From: a virus
Lineage: Duplodnaviria > Caudoviricetes
Virus record (IMG/VR): IMGVR_UViG_3300032291_002198
Coordinates: 1 to 61,835 of that record
Direction: 5' to 3' (one strand)
Length of the DNA stretch: 61,835 nucleotides
Every line of letters starts with the position of its first letter. The first letter of the stretch is position 1. Of this stretch, positions 1 through 9,529 are shown in pieces. Position numbers and translations under genes: made by a program. Below the pieces are notes generated by a model, which saw only the letters and a program-made list of their open reading frames with translations, searched no databases and was not told the DNA's origin.

Positions 1-713
1 AAAGGCTCACAAGGAAACACTGGTCCCACTGGAGACAAAGGAAACAAAGGTGAGCTTGGAACCAAGGGCGATAAGGGTCGTGACGGCAACAAGGGAGCCC
101 AAGGACCTAAGGGAGACCAAGGTCCGAAAGGAGAAGTAGGCCCGAAAGGAAATACTGGAGCCCAAGGAGACAAGGGTGAAAAGGGTATCGGAGAGAAAGG
201 TCAAAAGGGCCGAGACGGACAACTAGGTCCAAAAGGAGAGGTTGGTCCAAAAGGTGACCAGGGACCCAAAGGCTCTCAGGGAAATACAGGTCCAACTGGC
301 GATAAAGGAACTAAAGGAGACTTTGGCGACAAAGGCGATAAGGGCCGTGATGGCAATAAAGGTGCTCAGGGTCCGAAAGGAGACCAGGGACCAAAGGGAA
401 CCGCTGGTACTAACGGAGACAAGGGAACTAAAGGAGACTTTGGCGACAAAGGTCAAAAAGGTCGTGATGGCAACAAGGGCGCCCAAGGTCCAAAAGGAGA
501 GGTTGGGCCCAAAGGAGAGGTTGGTCCAAAAGGTGAAGTCGGACCAAAGGGTGACACTGGAGCAAAAGGCCCACAGGGCAACACTGGCCCAACTGGAGAC
601 AAAGGAAACAAGGGTGACTTTGGCGATAAGGGCGACAAGGGTCGTGATGGCAATAAAGGAGCTCAAGGTCCTAAGGGAGACCAGGGACCAAAGGGCGACC
701 AGGGACCTAAGGG
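1..713 (+). repeat. Imperfect direct repeat with window end (1..713 vs 61240..61835)
   Basis: Position 1 aligns to 61240 and 713 to 61835; the end copy lacks a 117-nt in-frame block and has several substitutions. Confidence 0.9.
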
Positions 714-3700
714 AGACCAGGGTCCCAAGGGAGACCAAGGAACTAAAGGTTCTCAAGGCAATACTGGTCCTGTTGGGAATAAAGGAAGTAAAGGCGAACT
801 TGGAGACAAAGGTCAAAAGGGCCGTGATGGTGCCACTGGACCTAAAGGAGAAATTGGACCTCAAGGTGATATCGGTCCTAAGGGAGACGTTGGCCCTAAG
901 GGAGACCAGGGCCCCAAGGGAAATACTGGCTCAAAAGGAGAGATAGGTCCTAAAGGAAACACTGGAGCCAAAGGAGACCAAGGCCCACAAGGCATTGAAG
1001 GCCAGAAAGGCGAAAAGGGCCGAGACGGACAGCTAGGACCCAAAGGCGATACTGGTGCTCAAGGTCCCAAGGGAGACCAAGGACCTAAGGGAGACCAAGG
1101 ACCTAAAGGTTCTCAAGGTAACACTGGTCCTACTGGAGACAAAGGGAACAAGGGAGACTTTGGCGACAAAGGTGACAAGGGTCGCGACGGCAATAAGGGC
1201 GCTCAAGGACCCAAAGGTGAAGTTGGGCCTAAAGGAGAGGTTGGCCCGAAAGGAGACCAAGGTCCTAAAGGTGACCAAGGGCCCAAGGGAGACCTTGGTC
1301 CTCAGGGAGATATTGGACCTAAAGGAAGCCAGGGAGACAAGGGCTCAACTGGCGCCACTGGCCCGATAGGACCAACCGGTCCTCTAGGCCCGCAAGGACC
1401 AAAAGGCGACCAGGGTCCACAAGGCATTGAAGGCCAGAAGGGTGAAAAGGGCCGAGACGGACAGCTAGGACCCAAGGGCGATACTGGTGCTCAAGGCCCC
1501 AAGGGAGACCAGGGTCCTAAAGGCGACCAAGGTTCAAAAGGTTCCCAGGGAAATACTGGTCCTACCGGCAACAAGGGCAGCAAAGGAGAGCTTGGAGACA
1601 AAGGTCAAAAAGGTCGTGATGGTAACAAGGGTGCTCAGGGTCCTAAGGGCGACCAAGGCCCAAAAGGAGACCAAGGCCCAAAAGGAGACCAAGGCACAAA
1701 AGGTAGTCAGGGCCCTAAGGGGGACCAAGGCCCTAAGGGCGACTTGGGCCCCAAGGGAGATATTGGACCTACTGGCCCAACTGGACCAACTGGCGCCAAA
1801 GGAAGTCAAGGAAATACCGGACCCACTGGCGACAAAGGGAATAAAGGTGAAATTGGAGATAAGGGTCAGAAGGGACGTGATGGCAATAAGGGTGCCCAGG
1901 GCCCGAAAGGTGACCTTGGTCCACAGGGTCCAACTGGGCCTACCGGACCTCAAGGAACAAAGGGAAATACTGGAGCACAGGGACCCATTGGTCCTCAAGG
2001 TCCAACCGGCCCAACTGGTCCTACTGGTCCTCAAGGTAGAAAAGGCGAGCCGGGAGAAAAGGGCAACGAGGGACAAACCGGTCCTCAGGGCCCTAAAGGA
2101 AATACTGGAGCTCAGGGACCAACTGGACCTACTGGACCTACTGGACCAAAAGGTGATACTGGTGGCCCTGGAGAAAAGGGACGCAAAGGAGATGACGGAC
2201 CGCAAGGCCCACAGGGTAACCAAGGTCCAAAAGGTGACTTAGGCCCTCAAGGTCCTATTGGACCAACTGGTCCTACTGGTGCTACTGGTCCTCAAGGACC
2301 CAAGGGTAACACCGGAGCTCAAGGCGACACTGGAGAAAAGGGCCGTGAAGGTCAAAAGGGTGAGGCTGGTCCTGCTGGAGCTCAGGGCGCCAAGGGAAGC
2401 ACCGGAGCTCAGGGCCCAATTGGACCTACTGGACCTACTGGTCCTCAGGGTGCCAAGGGAAATACTGGCGCACAGGGACCGGCTGGCCCAACTGGACCTC
2501 AGGGACCAAAGGGAACTAAAGGAGACCTCGGTCCTCAAGGTGATACAGGTCCTCAAGGTAACAAAGGCAATACTGGTGCTCAAGGTCCTCAAGGTGCTAC
2601 TGGTCCTCAAGGTCCCAAAGGTGACTTAGGTCCTCAAGGTGACACGGGTCCTCAGGGCAACAAGGGAAATACGGGTGCTCAAGGTGCTCAAGGTCCCAAA
2701 GGTGACTTAGGTCCTCAAGGTGACACGGGTCCTCAGGGTAACAAAGGCAATACTGGTGCTCAAGGTCCTCAGGGTGCTACGGGTCCACAAGGTGCTCAAG
2801 GTCCCAAAGGTGACTTAGGTCCTCAAGGTGCTACTGGTCCACAAGGCCCTACGGGTCCAGTCGGTCCATTAGGTCCTCAAGGTGATACGGGTCCTCAAGG
2901 TAACAAAGGCAATACTGGTGCTCAAGGTCCTATCGGTCCAACTGGTCCATTAGGTCCTCAAGGCCCAATTGGTCCAACGGGAGCCAAAGGTGCTCAAGGC
3001 GCTCAGGGTCCTACGGGTCCCCAAGGTGCTAAGGGTCATAAGGGTTCTACTGGTTCTCAAGGCGGACTAGGCCCTCAAGGACAAAAAGGACAAGTCGGTC
3101 CTCAAGGTGAACCTGGTCAAGATGGTGCTAAGGGTGCTCCTGGTCCTACTGGGCCTCAGGGTCAAAAAGGTGCAACTGGAGCTCAAGGACCTATTGGTCC
3201 AACTGGACCACAGGGTGCTCAAGGTCAGAAAGGTGCAACTGGCGCTCAAGGACCGATTGGCCCAACTGGACCGCAGGGCGCACAGGGAGCTCAAGGTCCT
3301 AAGGGCGATATTGGACCAACTGGACCAACCGGCCCAACTGGACCGCAGGGTGCAAAGGGTAATACCGGAGCTCAAGGACCTATCGGCCCTACTGGCCCTA
3401 CTGGACCGCAGGGTGCTCAAGGTCAGAAAGGTGCAACTGGAGCCCAAGGTGCAACGGGTCCTACTGGACCTACTGGACCTCAAGGTGCGCAAGGAGCAAA
3501 AGGCAATACTGGTGCTCAAGGTCCCGCTGGACCAACTGGCCCTGTTGGTCCTCTTGGGCCTACTGGACCTACTGGACCTCAAGGGGCTAAGGGTAATACT
3601 GGTGCCCAGGGAGCTCAGGGTCCAACCGGTCCTGTTGGACCTCTTGGCCCGCAGGGTCCCGCTGGACCTACTGGTCCGCAGGGTCCGCAGGGCCTAAAGG

Positions 3701-4053
3701 GCCGCAAGGGAGACATTGGTCCTCAGGGAGACATTGGCTCTACTGGTCCTACGGGTCCAACGGGTCAAAAGGGTAATACTGGAGCTACTGGTCCACAAGG
3801 CCCTACTGGTCCTCAGGGAGCTACTGGTCCACAAGGCCCTGCTGGTCCTACGGGTCCAACTGGAGCTCAGGGTCCCAAGGGTCAAAAGGGTGCCGATGGA
3901 GGAAGTGCGAATTTCGTTTCATCAGGTTCAGCGTGTAACAGCTGTGGATTCAACAGTGCTCCAGACGATACAGAATACTATCCAGTTGGATGGCTGAAAA
4001 TTGGTGTATCTGGAAATGACTATTTTGTTCCAGCATGGCAGCAATACAACTAA
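1..4053 (+). CDS. Giant collagen-like fibre protein, C-terminal part (5' partial; continues from 60442)
   Basis: Frame 1 is open from base 1 ([19 protein letters not shown]...) to TAA at 4051-4053; nearly uninterrupted Gly-X-Y; short non-collagenous C-terminus; the ORF track start at 1744 is only the first in-frame TTG. Confidence 0.95.
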   Translation, partial: KGSQGNTGPTGDKGNKGELGTKGDKGRDGNKGAQGPKGDQGPKGEVGPKGNTGAQGDKGEKGIGEKGQKGRDGQLGPKGEVGPKGDQGPKGSQGNTGPTGDKGTKGDFGDKGDKGRDGNKGAQGPKGDQGPKGTAGTNGDKGTKGDFGDKGQKGRDGNKGAQGPKGEVGPKGEVGPKGEVGPKGDTGAKGPQGNTGPTGDKGNKGDFGDKGDKGRDGNKGAQGPKGDQGPKGDQGPKGDQGPKGDQGTKGSQGNTGPVGNKGSKGELGDKGQKGRDGATGPKGEIGPQGDIGPKGDVGPKGDQGPKGNTGSKGEIGPKGNTGAKGDQGPQGIEGQKGEKGRDGQLGPKGDTGAQGPKGDQGPKGDQGPKGSQGNTGPTGDKGNKGDFGDKGDKGRDGNKGAQGPKGEVGPKGEVGPKGDQGPKGDQGPKGDLGPQGDIGPKGSQGDKGSTGATGPIGPTGPLGPQGPKGDQGPQGIEGQKGEKGRDGQLGPKGDTGAQGPKGDQGPKGDQGSKGSQGNTGPTGNKGSKGELGDKGQKGRDGNKGAQGPKGDQGPKGDQGPKGDQGTKGSQGPKGDQGPKGDLGPKGDIGPTGPTGPTGAKGSQGNTGPTGDKGNKGEIGDKGQKGRDGNKGAQGPKGDLGPQGPTGPTGPQGTKGNTGAQGPIGPQGPTGPTGPTGPQGRKGEPGEKGNEGQTGPQGPKGNTGAQGPTGPTGPTGPKGDTGGPGEKGRKGDDGPQGPQGNQGPKGDLGPQGPIGPTGPTGATGPQGPKGNTGAQGDTGEKGREGQKGEAGPAGAQGAKGSTGAQGPIGPTGPTGPQGAKGNTGAQGPAGPTGPQGPKGTKGDLGPQGDTGPQGNKGNTGAQGPQGATGPQGPKGDLGPQGDTGPQGNKGNTGAQGAQGPKGDLGPQGDTGPQGNKGNTGAQGPQGATGPQGAQGPKGDLGPQGATGPQGPTGPVGPLGPQGDTGPQGNKGNTGAQGPIGPTGPLGPQGPIGPTGAKGAQGAQGPTGPQGAKGHKGSTGSQGGLGPQGQKGQVGPQGEPGQDGAKGAPGPTGPQGQKGATGAQGPIGPTGPQGAQGQKGATGAQGPIGPTGPQGAQGAQGPKGDIGPTGPTGPTGPQGAKGNTGAQGPIGPTGPTGPQGAQGQKGATGAQGATGPTGPTGPQGAQGAKGNTGAQGPAGPTGPVGPLGPTGPTGPQGAKGNTGAQGAQGPTGPVGPLGPQGPAGPTGPQGPQGLKGRKGDIGPQGDIGSTGPTGPTGQKGNTGATGPQGPTGPQGATGPQGPAGPTGPTGAQGPKGQKGADGGSANFVSSGSACNSCGFNSAPDDTEYYPVGWLKIGVSGNDYFVPAWQQYN

Positions 4054-4070
4054 GAACCACAATAGTGAAA

Positions 4071-4104
4071 AACATGGGCGCCCAAAAGGCGCCCTGTTTG
4101 TTTT
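4071..4104 (+). terminator. Intrinsic terminator after collagen gene
   Basis: GGGCGCC-CAAAA-GGCGCCC hairpin followed by TGTTTGTTTT. Confidence 0.75.
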
Positions 4105-4120
4105 ATGACATCTAATTGAC

Positions 4121-4128
4121 TACATTTG
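4121..4128 (+). promoter_or_regulatory. Bacteroidota -7 promoter element (TACATTTG) for the modification operon
   Basis: Matches TAnnTTTG, about 20 nt upstream of ATG 4148. Confidence 0.7.
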
Positions 4129-4147
4129 AGCATCAAATTGAATTCAC

Positions 4148-4702
4148 ATGATGCTAAATGCCTTTATTGTAGATGGCTTCTACGACAATCCAGATGAGGT
4201 TCGTGCCTTTGCTCTAGTCCAAGATTTCAACGTAACTGGCAACTTCCCCGGGGCTCGCACCAAAAGCTTCAACAATGATAGCGTATTCAGTGTGCTCCAA
4301 TCAATAGTTGGTCCCCACGCTGGGAAAATCAACTATTTTCCAGAAGACTACAACGGGGCTTACCAAATAACAACAGCCAGTGACCGCTCTTGGATACACG
4401 CAGACAACGGAACAAAGTGGGCTGGAGTAGTCTATCTTACTCCAAACGCACCCCTATCTAGCGGAACTGGATTCTTCAAGCACAAGGCTTCTGGACTCAC
4501 TTGGTCTTCCGATGGAAAGGGAGACTGGAATGATGATTCTCAGGACATGACAAAGTGGGAGCTTACTTCATCTGTCGGGAATATGTACAACCGATTGATA
4601 CTGTACCGAGGCAAGCAGTTTCATTCATCTCTTGACTACTTTGGCAACAGCTTAGAAAACGGCAGACTGTTCCAAACCTTCTTCTTCTCTACTGAGCAGT
4701 GA
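4148..4702 (+). CDS. 2OG-Fe(II) oxygenase, DUF6445-like
   Basis: IVDGFYDNPDEVR N-terminus; WIHAD (HxD), FHS (distal His) and GRLFQTFF (2OG-binding Arg). Confidence 0.8.
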   Translation: MMLNAFIVDGFYDNPDEVRAFALVQDFNVTGNFPGARTKSFNNDSVFSVLQSIVGPHAGKINYFPEDYNGAYQITTASDRSWIHADNGTKWAGVVYLTPNAPLSSGTGFFKHKASGLTWSSDGKGDWNDDSQDMTKWELTSSVGNMYNRLILYRGKQFHSSLDYFGNSLENGRLFQTFFFSTEQ

Positions 4703-7029
4703 ACATAGTATTTCACGTAGGTTACTTTTCAAAACCATGGAACGCAAAGACAGGCGGTCCAGGTGGCACTGAACAGTGCGTGATTAGTCTTTCTGACGAG
4801 CTTGCAAAGCTTGGGCACTCCGTATACGTATTTGGAGAGGTCAATCCAATGCATACGGACTATCCAATTGGTAGCGTAACCTATTGCTCATTTGAAAATG
4901 CGTTAATCCCGCAAGAGATAGACTTTCTAATAGGTGTTGGATACCTACATTACCTTAAGCCATTTAGTGAGCATAGGGTTGAAAATAGGCTGTTCTGGCT
5001 CCACAATGAAGAGCCATACTTCTGGTACAATGGAGTCAGGATGTCAGATGACGAAATTCATCATGCGTTTGATTCAGCCGACAGAATCATCTGCCTAACT
5101 AGATGGCACAAGAATGACTTCATCTCAAGATATGGGTTACACGATGGTAAGGTTTCCATCATAGGAAATGGGATTGACGCAAAGAAAATTAGGAGAAGGG
5201 GCAAAAAGAGGGCGGATTCATACATTTACACTTCCCACGCAGAGCGTGGCCTTTCTAAGGTTCTTGACGATTTTGAAACCGGAGTCATATCTGGAGAACT
5301 GCATATATGTACTCCTAGGTATGGTATTGAATATCTTGAGTCATGGTTTTTAGACAGGATATCTAAGAATCCGAACATCATATACCATGGAGCTCTTTCT
5401 CAAGAAGAGCTCTATGGATTGCTTAGCCAAATGCAATACTGGTATTATCCCACCCAGTACAACGAAACCTATTGCATAACAGCTATTGAAATGCTTGCGC
5501 ATCATGTGATTCCAATGGTAAATCCAATTGCAGGACTCGCGGATACGCTAAATGAATTTGCTTATAGTATTGATTGCTGGAATTGTGTTGACGATTACGT
5601 CAAGACAAGGTTCTGGAGCAATGTCGTAAGCGAATGGGAATTGTTATTTTATCAAATTCAAAACCAATCAAGTATGAATATATATGATTTAGAGGTAGAT
5701 AGTGTCGAGTTCATCCCGGCAGCCGCAAAAACAGCGCCGTATGATGTAGAAAAGACATACATCATCTGCCTTTACCCAACAGAGGAAAAGAAGGCCGAGT
5801 TATTGAATCGGTTCTCGTCTTCTGGCATAAGCTCAAAACAAGTAGTTGTCTTTGAGGCAAGTAACGGCTATACAAGAAACCTGATTCCGCCAGACACAAA
5901 AGTTTGGAAGGATTGGAAAATCAATAGCGATAACAGCTGGTGGAATCGTGACGTGCTTCCTGGAGAAATTGGGTGTGCTGTATCACATTGGCGGATATGG
6001 AATGATGCACATTCGCATCGTCATAGCAAAATTCTCATCCTTGAGGAGGACTTTACCGTCATTCGACCATTCAACAGAGAGGCGGTTAATACATCTGAAG
6101 ACTGGACCATTATGTATCTCGGTCACAGCTTCGTGAATCAGCCAGTTAGGACCGTAACTGCAAATCTTGTTCAGCCTGGATATACATATACGACACACGC
6201 GTATATGCTTACCTATGACGGCTGTCGTCTTCTCCTTGAGCAGAACTTCTTAAGCTCAATCATCCCTCTTGATGAGTTTCTGAGTGCTACCTTTTGCGAC
6301 CATCCAAGAAAAGACCTGTCATGGATTTGGAAGGACAGCAAGGCGCTCGCAACAGTTCCAGCTTTCTTTGGGCAGAGCAGTACGAAAGAGACATCTACGA
6401 CAGAAAATCAACCGGCCTTATCTAGAATGAATCTAAATAACTATAGCTACGAAGAATTCGTGCAGCGCTTTGTGACCTACTCTGCGCGGACGAAAGAATG
6501 GGAGCTCATTGTTGATGAGCCAATCAATGACGTATTTGTGTTCCCTCTGTTTACCGAAGAGTTCTGCAGCTTGCTAATAGAGCAAGCGGAAGAATCTCAG
6601 AAGTGGACCAGGAACCGACACTACTTCTATCCGACTTGTGATATGCTAATCAACGAGCTAGGACTTCAAGATTACTACCAGCGAATCCTTGAGGAATTCG
6701 TCTATCCGGTGGCCATTCAAAAGTGGGCACTAGAAGGAAAAGAGTGGCCCGTGCTTTCAAGCGAAAACTTCATCATCAAGTACGATGAGTCTGTGCAGGG
6801 TCATCTTGCGCTGCATCACGATAGCGCAGACATCTCAATGGTCCTTGCTTTGAATGATGACTATGAAGGCGGAGGAACCTACTTCTGGCGTCAGAAGCAG
6901 CTCCACAAGGGCAAGACTGGACACATCTCAATTCACCCATCTGTAATCACCCACCGACATGGTGCTCGCGCTGTTACGAAAGGAAAGCGCTTTGTACTTG
7001 TCTCATTTTGTAACAAACCCAAAAAATGA
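4699..7029 (+). CDS. Trifunctional fusion: GT4-like glycosyltransferase + GT25/COLGALT-like glycosyltransferase + PLOD-type lysyl hydroxylase domain
   Basis: N-terminal GPGGTEQ, WLHN, YTSHAERGL and ETYCITAIE (GT-B); middle GEIGCAVSH, ILEED, YTYTTHAYMLT and IIPLDEFL (GT25); C-terminal VFPLFTEEFC, NFIIKY, LHHDS, YEGGG, HPSVITHRHG and GKRFVLVSF (PLOD catalytic domain). Confidence 0.88.
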   Translation: MNIVFHVGYFSKPWNAKTGGPGGTEQCVISLSDELAKLGHSVYVFGEVNPMHTDYPIGSVTYCSFENALIPQEIDFLIGVGYLHYLKPFSEHRVENRLFWLHNEEPYFWYNGVRMSDDEIHHAFDSADRIICLTRWHKNDFISRYGLHDGKVSIIGNGIDAKKIRRRGKKRADSYIYTSHAERGLSKVLDDFETGVISGELHICTPRYGIEYLESWFLDRISKNPNIIYHGALSQEELYGLLSQMQYWYYPTQYNETYCITAIEMLAHHVIPMVNPIAGLADTLNEFAYSIDCWNCVDDYVKTRFWSNVVSEWELLFYQIQNQSSMNIYDLEVDSVEFIPAAAKTAPYDVEKTYIICLYPTEEKKAELLNRFSSSGISSKQVVVFEASNGYTRNLIPPDTKVWKDWKINSDNSWWNRDVLPGEIGCAVSHWRIWNDAHSHRHSKILILEEDFTVIRPFNREAVNTSEDWTIMYLGHSFVNQPVRTVTANLVQPGYTYTTHAYMLTYDGCRLLLEQNFLSSIIPLDEFLSATFCDHPRKDLSWIWKDSKALATVPAFFGQSSTKETSTTENQPALSRMNLNNYSYEEFVQRFVTYSARTKEWELIVDEPINDVFVFPLFTEEFCSLLIEQAEESQKWTRNRHYFYPTCDMLINELGLQDYYQRILEEFVYPVAIQKWALEGKEWPVLSSENFIIKYDESVQGHLALHHDSADISMVLALNDDYEGGGTYFWRQKQLHKGKTGHISIHPSVITHRHGARAVTKGKRFVLVSFCNKPKK

Positions 7030-7625
7030 ATCTAAATCTGATATTTGAACCAGGAAAGCCCCGCGATATGACGGGGTGGTATTTCTTTGAGGCAGCTTTC
7101 TCTCGTGAGGAAATTGCTAAAATCAAAGAGGAAATTGAGAAGGTGAGTTTCTCAAAGGCGGGAATCGCCAGTCATGCAACTGGCGAGGCCCTTAGTGTTG
7201 TCCGCAGGTCAAACATCAAGTGGCTACCGAAGGATAAGGCTTTCGCTTGGGTTTACGAGCGACTGATGAACTACATCACCATAGCAAATGAAAATATGTG
7301 GGGATTTGACCTCTACAGCGTATTAGACTCTATTCAGTACACCCAGTATGATGGCACGGAGAAGGGTTTTTACGACTGGCATTTGGATACGGGACCTAAC
7401 GAGTTATCGTACCGAAAGGTATCGTTGGTTGTACAGCTGTCCGACCCAACTGCTTACAATGGAGGAGACCTTGAGATTCGTAGCGGCGGCGGAATAAGCA
7501 GTGCCTCTAAGACCATTGGAACCGTGACAATTTTCCCATCATATTTACTGCACCGAGTGACGCCTGTAACATCCGGATTACGAGAGTCTCTCGTGCTTTG
7601 GGCGGGGGGAGAACACTATCGGTAG
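7026..7625 (+). CDS. 2OG-Fe(II) oxygenase, prolyl-hydroxylase/PKHD-like
   Basis: YDWHLD (HxD), RKVSLVVQLSDP..Y.GG.LE, FPSYLLHRVTPVTSGLRESLVLW. Confidence 0.88.
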   Translation: MNLNLIFEPGKPRDMTGWYFFEAAFSREEIAKIKEEIEKVSFSKAGIASHATGEALSVVRRSNIKWLPKDKAFAWVYERLMNYITIANENMWGFDLYSVLDSIQYTQYDGTEKGFYDWHLDTGPNELSYRKVSLVVQLSDPTAYNGGDLEIRSGGGISSASKTIGTVTIFPSYLLHRVTPVTSGLRESLVLWAGGEHYR

Positions 7626-7630
7626 TTTGC

Positions 7631-7638
7631 TATCTTTG
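7631..7638 (+). promoter_or_regulatory. Bacteroidota -7 promoter (TATCTTTG)
   Basis: TAnnTTTG immediately before ATG 7644 (near-leaderless). Confidence 0.6.
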
Positions 7639-7643
7639 CCTTT

Positions 7644-7964
7644 ATGGCAAATGATGCAAACTTTCTCAAGAGGTATGGTCTTTCAGGCTTCAGCAAGCCA
7701 AAGAAGACTCCATCTCATCCTACGAAGAAGGGCATTGTTGCCGTCAAGATAGACGGCAAGCCCAGAATCATACGATTTGGTGACCAGAATATGGGTCACA
7801 ACTATAGCCCAGAGGCCCGCAAAGCTTTCAAAACCCGCCATGCAAAGAACATTGCTAAGGGTCCGAGCAGTGCAGCCTACTGGGCTAATAAGTTTTTCTG
7901 GGGTGGTCCAAGCGCTGATAAGAAGATGCCACCAAAGTCTCAAAAATATACCCGTGGAATCTGA
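7644..7964 (+). CDS. Small basic conserved phage protein
   Basis: KPKKTPSHPTK, IIRFGD, RKAFKTRH and SAAYWA pattern common in aquatic phages. Confidence 0.7.
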   Translation: MANDANFLKRYGLSGFSKPKKTPSHPTKKGIVAVKIDGKPRIIRFGDQNMGHNYSPEARKAFKTRHAKNIAKGPSSAAYWANKFFWGGPSADKKMPPKSQKYTRGI

Positions 7965-8353
7965 TGGCAACAGCTACCAAAAAGAACCCAGCGCTTTGGA
8001 AACGAATAGTCTCCCAGGTGAAGTCTGGCAGCAAGGGTGGGGACCCCGGGGAGTGGAGTGCGAGGAAAGCGCAATTAGCAGTTTCGTTATACAAGAAAGC
8101 CGGAGGCTCTTACGGGGGGCCCAAGCGCTCGACTTCTCTCTCAAAGTGGACCCAGCAGAACTGGCGTACAAAAAGCGGTAAGCCTTCATCTGAAACGGGC
8201 GAACGTTACCTGCCAGAGAAAGCCATAAAGTCCTTGTCTTCAGCCGAATACGCTGCAACAAGCCGAGCAAAGAGAGAGGGAACAGCCAAGGGGAAGCAGT
8301 TCGTTGCTCAGCCAAAATCAATAGCAAAGAAGGTCAAGAAGTTTCGTTCTTAA
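7964..8353 (+). CDS. DUF5872-like basic phage protein
   Basis: LWKRI, GEWSARKAQL, YKKAGG and GERYLP motifs. Confidence 0.7.
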   Translation: MATATKKNPALWKRIVSQVKSGSKGGDPGEWSARKAQLAVSLYKKAGGSYGGPKRSTSLSKWTQQNWRTKSGKPSSETGERYLPEKAIKSLSSAEYAATSRAKREGTAKGKQFVAQPKSIAKKVKKFRS

Positions 8354-8383
8354 CTCACGCAAAATGCAAAGTGGTCATATCTA

Positions 8384-8391
8384 TACATTTG
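8384..8391 (+). promoter_or_regulatory. Bacteroidota -7 promoter (TACATTTG) for the head operon
   Basis: TAnnTTTG upstream of 8415. Confidence 0.7.
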
Positions 8392-8414
8392 CATAAACCA
8401 TTAAATAAATTTTC

Positions 8415-9521
8415 ATGAATTCAGCAGAATCACAAATGGCGGAGGCACTCACTAGTGCGGGATTTACGGTGTCGGATACACCACCCGCATTTCTAATGAA
8501 TGATGCCCCAGGACAATTTACGGAGCCAGCTCCGGTGCAAACCGAAGCAGCTCCGCAAGCGCAGGAATCGACTCAGCCTGCGGCGGCACCTGAGCCACAA
8601 GCTCAGGGGCAACCGGAAAGTGAGCCGAGTTCTTTGACAGAACCCCTTACCGGGGAACAATTCATGCCATTCCCAGATGACATCTTTGGCGAAACGCCTA
8701 CCGATGACGCATTCTCGGGAATGAGTGATGATGAGTTCTCCGATTTGTATGCTCAACTTGACCCTCGCATTCAAGTTATCGCAGACTTCGTTGCCAAGAC
8801 AGGACGTTCTCCTGAAGATTGGTTCCGCTACCAAGCTCTAGACCCATCCGAAATGGATGATTTGACCGCGGTGCGAATCAATATCGCAAGTGAATATCCT
8901 AACCTTTCTAACGAAGAGGTAAATCTGCTGCTGTCCAGCAAATACAAACTGGACGACTCGATTTACAGCGAAGATGACCTTCGCCTCGGTAGCCTGCAGC
9001 TAAAGCTTGATGCTACAAAAGCTCGTACGCAAATGGAAACGCTCCGTGAGCAATTCCAAATGCCTGAGTTTGAAGAACAGCAAACATTTGACTCATTTGA
9101 GAATCCGTTCGATGAGAGTTGGATGCGCGGAATGCACCAGTCGCTCGGTGAACTTGGACAGATTTCATTTGACCTGCCCAATGGAAAAGAGTTCAACTAC
9201 GGCATCCCCGAATCTTACCGAAACGAATTGTTTCAGGAGAATGTGCAGATGGAAAAGTTCTTCGATAAGTACATGGACGACCAGGGCAACTGGGACCACG
9301 ACCTATGGAATATGCACCGCACGGTAACGGATAACCTTCCGAACATCTTGCAGAACATATACCAGCAGGGGCTTAGCGACGGACAGCGAGCAATCGTTGA
9401 ACGCGCTGCCAACGTGGACGCATCTACTCCAGTCGCACCAGTACAAAATCAAAAAAGCGCCTTAGCCGAGCAAATCTTAGATGCGCTCGGACGGCAACAA
9501 ACCTTAACATTCAAAATCTAG
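8415..9521 (+). CDS. Putative capsid scaffolding protein
   Basis: Acidic, Pro/Gln-rich N-terminus, helical; immediately upstream of the capsid gene; KTGRSPEDW motif. Confidence 0.65.
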   Translation: MNSAESQMAEALTSAGFTVSDTPPAFLMNDAPGQFTEPAPVQTEAAPQAQESTQPAAAPEPQAQGQPESEPSSLTEPLTGEQFMPFPDDIFGETPTDDAFSGMSDDEFSDLYAQLDPRIQVIADFVAKTGRSPEDWFRYQALDPSEMDDLTAVRINIASEYPNLSNEEVNLLLSSKYKLDDSIYSEDDLRLGSLQLKLDATKARTQMETLREQFQMPEFEEQQTFDSFENPFDESWMRGMHQSLGELGQISFDLPNGKEFNYGIPESYRNELFQENVQMEKFFDKYMDDQGNWDHDLWNMHRTVTDNLPNILQNIYQQGLSDGQRAIVERAANVDASTPVAPVQNQKSALAEQILDALGRQQTLTFKI

Positions 9522-9529
9522 CATAAGTC

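Noticed and set aside
1-713. Direct terminal repeats of the virion DNA
   Set aside because: The repeat lies inside a repetitive coding sequence and the copies differ, so an assembly break is more likely than physical ends
1-3900. Possible CRISPR array or DNA-level tandem repeat
   Set aside because: The repeats have a 9-nt period with synonymous variation and no spacers, and I see no cas genes
7-3997. Many overlapping ORFs in other frames and on the - strand across the collagen (also 60523-61534)
   Set aside because: These are shadow ORFs caused by stop-poor Gly-X-Y codon periodicity; only frame 1 gives collagen
7026-7625. Classical collagen prolyl 4-hydroxylase activity on Y-position Pro
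   Set aside because: The collagen has very few Gly-X-Pro triplets, so the substrate of this oxygenase is left open
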